From Methanobacteriota archaeon (GTDB taxonomy: Archaea; Thermoplasmatota; Poseidoniia; Poseidoniales; Poseidoniaceae), in assembly GCA_002722695.1 (NCBI GenBank), contig PBMS01000046.1:1-63118 (forward strand): a stretch of 63,118 nucleotides of DNA. Direction: 5' to 3'. The notes beneath the pieces were generated by a model. The model had not been told where the DNA came from, searched no databases, and saw nothing but the letters and a program-made list of their open reading frames with translations. A program made the position numbers and the translations under genes. This document shows, in pieces, positions 61,101 through 63,118 of this stretch. The stretch's first letter is position 1; each line of letters starts with the position of its first letter.

Positions 61101-63118
61101 TGGTCCTCACCACAACCCCCATCGACGGCGAGGAACGTCATGCAGGCGCACCGGGTGTGGGGCAGTCCGTCTCCATCGTTGTTCAAGACACCGTTGACCC
61201 ACCTCGCCAACTGAACCTCCACTATTGGGTGGGTTGCAAGGCGAGTGAAGCCATCGGTTGCACGGATTACAACTTTGATGGCCTGCCCAACGAGGATGAA
61301 TACGAGGTCAGGACGCTGACGTCCCCCGAAACCCGTGCGGGCGGCTTGAACATCTTCGAAGGTCTGATCGACGATTCCATGTTGCTGCACAAACAGCGGG
61401 TCTCATTTTACGTGTCGGGTGAAGACGAGCAGCAAAACGAAATTGCGATGGGACGCGGTCCTGTGTGCCCCGCTTCCTCCGTAACGTGTGGATACCGGCC
61501 CGGAGAGGTTCTCCCGGACTGGGACGCAGATTTGGTCACCTACCACATCCGTCAAGAGTTTGAACCCGAAGTCGATTTGGGCAACTCATCAATCCTCGGA
61601 CATGACGACTACGAACCGCTCCATCCCGGTGTCCCTTACACAGCTCAAATCAAGTTGATCGACGTCAACGGATGGCAGGACATTCAATACGTCCAAGTGG
61701 CCTTTGCCGGAGATTTTGACGACGACGAGTCGTCGATGTACATCTCGCTTGCCAAAGGCGCTGACGACATGCCCGTTGCCGTGATGACCTCTGGGTCTGA
61801 CAACGTCGCAGTGTCCAATCTTTACTCGACCGTCAGTCTGGAAGAAGGTGACGAATCGGTCATCATCATACAAGCGCGGTTTCAGTTGACCTGGCTGTTC
61901 CCCGAGACCTACGACACCGATGGAGCGTCCCACTTCCTCCCGAAAATCAGAGTCACGGACAAACCCTGCAACGACAACGAACTCACCCCGTGCTTCGAGG
62001 TTGAGGAAGGGCTGGGCGACGACTGGTGGAGTTTGGACAACGATTTCCGATTCGACACCGAGCAGGGTAAAATTCGGGCCATTGAACTTCGCAACAGCGA
62101 GAATCACTACAACGATGAAAATTTCGAGACCATCATCGGTGCCGGACAAGCGCTTCGTGTGTCGGGTCGAGTGCTCTTCTCAGAAGACGAGACGCCTGCG
62201 CCTGCAGGGGCGTTCGATGTGGTCTTTGGCGACTTTGAAAACAACTGGCGCACGTCGACACGAGACGATGGTGAGTTCAGTCTGGACCTTCTGGTTCCTT
62301 CCGTTCGTTCCGGGCGTCTTGACCTCCGGTTGAGCATGGACGACATGCCGGGTTTGGCGCTCGATGAAACGCCGTTCTCTCCCCGTGTACGCCTTGCCGT
62401 GGACAGCGTGCGACCGACCATTGACAGCATCACACTCAACGGTGTGGAGGGTGGGTCGCTTCTTTCCATCGGCGACGCAAGCAACCTTCAGGTGATCCTT
62501 GTCACCAACGATGAAAACGGATTTGACATCAACGATGCCGCAGTTTTGCACTACCGCGTGAAGGCCGGTGAAGCCGAGATCACACGAGGCAGTGTTCTCC
62601 TGCCAGGAGACACATCGTTTGGACAGACGTTCTATTGGAGCGGTGCGCTCGACCTGACGGATTCGGGAGCGACAACGTTGCTGCCCTCCTACACCGTGGA
62701 CGTGTGGGTTTCGGGCTCCGACGAAGCGGGCAACCCTTACGACACGGTCTCCAATTCCATGAACGAGCCGTTCTCATCGTGGCCCATGGCCTTGCTGGGT
62801 CCTCGGATTGATTTGCAACATGAAGACACATCGCTTCAGTGGGATGTTCCAAGCCCCTACCAAGGCAACACGGCCACCATGGTCGTGAGCACCCGCAATC
62901 TTGGTGGTGAAGGCCGGGTGGTGTTTGCCCTTCAAGAGTTGGTCGACGGCGGATTTTGGGCAACAATCGAAACGGATCTTATCGAAAATGTAAGAAGCGG
63001 CGGCACTGTGGTCGCATCGCTGCCTGTGGTCGCCGAAGCACCCGCCGGGTCCAGCATCGATTACCGCGTGGTGGTCCTTGTCGACGACGTTGAAATGGAC
63101 CGGCACACGGTTGATTCG
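58115..63118 (+). CDS. giant secreted protein, 3'-truncated by the window edge (at least 1,668 aa)
   Basis: This ORF is not in the ORF track because no stop is reached. I read frame 2 from the ATG at 58115 over nt 58115-60306 and 61382-63118, both without a stop. The roughly 1.1 kb between them was inferred open, because no closed frame-2 ORF appears in the track. The signal peptide is MQGGEQQRFSAKVVFLLLVSVMALTPLGPMAGLFASEAEA. Asp-box/BNR-like motifs are SADNGTHW (59621-59644) and SNDNGTTW (59885-59908). All listed plus-strand ORFs in this span are in other frames. Confidence 0.8.
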   Translation, partial: MQGGEQQRFSAKVVFLLLVSVMALTPLGPMAGLFASEAEAAAGTRHVYEFSDGSLEHIALYQGANPDMGASVSLPRGAMVTDVSMTLSGASATGWSQVVADDRVHWNRGVASNADARSGDLTLAMDNVSRNFIPHGNDAYVDTNSNAWLDNGSYALRQPHTSNATEALFSQQLTKTSSSFMAQSQGAILKHHDWLFLSTWSSSTFHNIVERLYPNNATRESVITLDKASCTLPQKHSSSYYAYYGFRDWTVTDDERLFGILSGYRYTYGSNAPVNYHRVMEMDISRDDTWTCIDSYDISPSVGEYTGIAYDRQTDKVWVAHNAMNRLYAYDFAGDGTSTYTRSPDFYSYTSASGSSWECGGTYGSSTKQMLRGLEVNGSTFYMRCQEDSPYNDRDQIEAWSVSGSSSALIPESTTRQISRLGYGLHFDGERFVTVDCGYSTWSGATLYYREFGTGWMYETTPAPGTTTWYGEVVHSGEDVLSANVETYWSAASVGDRVDYWISADNGTHWEEVESESTIHFDYPGNELVWKAQLIGSTAVSWWVDIEYATDYQTSGDWTSPPFNTGTKVGKVRPQWTADVPSQTTLVVMVSNDNGTTWLAATNNQETSFSTEAAGNTLQYFIQYQSTDVDITPSIDRFVLEYEEGYPDRPMLDVGGDGTYDWESDIFLNESAVVASDDSPVGVIVKSAPTLVDAFNDHVPENGDGMVDIPIGVKAASSGRVKISNIDITYAMLTRAVDASFEGGLAAPDGLYRNFITRVAPGDDVDHVNKAVVAIEHTHGVNPTFTWNRGDVCSVNSDAGGIVVFDAANCTSMEDADGIVSIWMPTKVNWSWDDERSTEAVITVEDDLGVAVNQWTTSEMELIVENDIQLDGLRVWEETGRQLFPMDWVRGGFNISFSGSIHFQDSQLMPPAGSFSLRVVGQNVTFDGEPIGEPSVLYEEINPAFGAYNMTFTSPIESQPGGMVFYVQAVNLENGSTYTNPSYNTIRLILDGNSPLVLTTTPIDGEERHAGAPGVGQSVSIVVQDTVDPPRQLNLHYWVGCKASEAIGCTDYNFDGLPNEDEYEVRTLTSPETRAGGLNIFEGLIDDSMLLHKQRVSFYVSGEDEQQNEIAMGRGPVCPASSVTCGYRPGEVLPDWDADLVTYHIRQEFEPEVDLGNSSILGHDDYEPLHPGVPYTAQIKLIDVNGWQDIQYVQVAFAGDFDDDESSMYISLAKGADDMPVAVMTSGSDNVAVSNLYSTVSLEEGDESVIIIQARFQLTWLFPETYDTDGASHFLPKIRVTDKPCNDNELTPCFEVEEGLGDDWWSLDNDFRFDTEQGKIRAIELRNSENHYNDENFETIIGAGQALRVSGRVLFSEDETPAPAGAFDVVFGDFENNWRTSTRDDGEFSLDLLVPSVRSGRLDLRLSMDDMPGLALDETPFSPRVRLAVDSVRPTIDSITLNGVEGGSLLSIGDASNLQVILVTNDENGFDINDAAVLHYRVKAGEAEITRGSVLLPGDTSFGQTFYWSGALDLTDSGATTLLPSYTVDVWVSGSDEAGNPYDTVSNSMNEPFSSWPMALLGPRIDLQHEDTSLQWDVPSPYQGNTATMVVSTRNLGGEGRVVFALQELVDGGFWATIETDLIENVRSGGTVVASLPVVAEAPAGSSIDYRVVVLVDDVEMDRHTVDS

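Noticed and set aside
60049-61390. Minus-strand ORFs 60049-60642 and 60548-61390
   Set aside because: They are shadows of the open-ended plus-strand giant ORF (frame 2). That ORF has a signal peptide and reads through with coding-like composition.
1-63118. CRISPR arrays, rRNA genes, transposases, integrases, prophage or toxin-antitoxin modules
   Set aside because: I scanned both strands and the ORF translations. There are no short regularly spaced direct repeats, no rRNA-like stretches, and no DDE, tyrosine-recombinase or serine-recombinase motifs. The giant-gene region therefore does not look like a classical mobile island.

Overview
This is a densely coding, moderately GC-rich chromosomal segment that reads as archaeal. 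The supporting signs are an AglB/STT3 oligosaccharyltransferase with a WWDYG motif, a stand-alone GMP synthase subunit B, class III (type IV pilin-like) signal peptides of the ...RA|VSxVLGV... kind, TATA-like boxes about 25-30 nt upstream of start codons, and GGTGA-type Shine-Dalgarno sites. The mix of very large acidic surface proteins, thrombospondin-type-3 Ca-binding repeats and heavy N-glycosylation sequon load fits a marine planktonic euryarchaeon (Poseidoniales/MGII-like). That placement is inference only, because no search was possible. I call about 36 CDSs and 2 tRNAs (Asn-GTT, Met/Ile2-CAT), and I see no rRNA, CRISPR array, transposase or integrase. Housekeeping genes are interleaved with an unusually rich cell-surface gene set: a group II PLP decarboxylase, gcvT/gcvPA/gcvPB, purE, guaAB, purD, thymidine phosphorylase and an HD phosphohydrolase. 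The most notable items are: (1) a single 3,181-aa ORF that fuses about 10 extra TM helices, an AglB catalytic core, a sequon-rich beta-sandwich array of about 1,750 aa and a C-terminal membrane re-anchor. It is followed co-directionally by a membrane-anchored subtilase, a 1,466-aa beta-helix adhesin and a wHTH-STAND ATPase-TPR regulator. (2) A membrane-anchored 1,628-aa protein with 6 lamin-tail domains and a double-HKD phospholipase-D/nuclease module, sitting in a tight minus-strand gene run with an OB-like anchored protein, a TctA-like permease and thymidine phosphorylase. (3) A translationally coupled trio of class III signal-peptide (pilin-like) proteins of 361, 744 and 159 aa behind an MBL-fold hydrolase, with no pilus ATPase, platform or peptidase in the window. 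(4) A 1,916-aa secreted protein with more than 20 TSP3 repeats around a propeller-like core, followed by a further giant ORF of at least 1,668 aa. That last ORF is missing from the supplied ORF track because it runs off the right edge. The ORF track takes the longest ATG/GTG/TTG-initiated frame, so several starts were trimmed using SD sites, overlaps and N-terminal homology patterns. All domain calls rest on motif recognition by eye and need HMM or structure confirmation.
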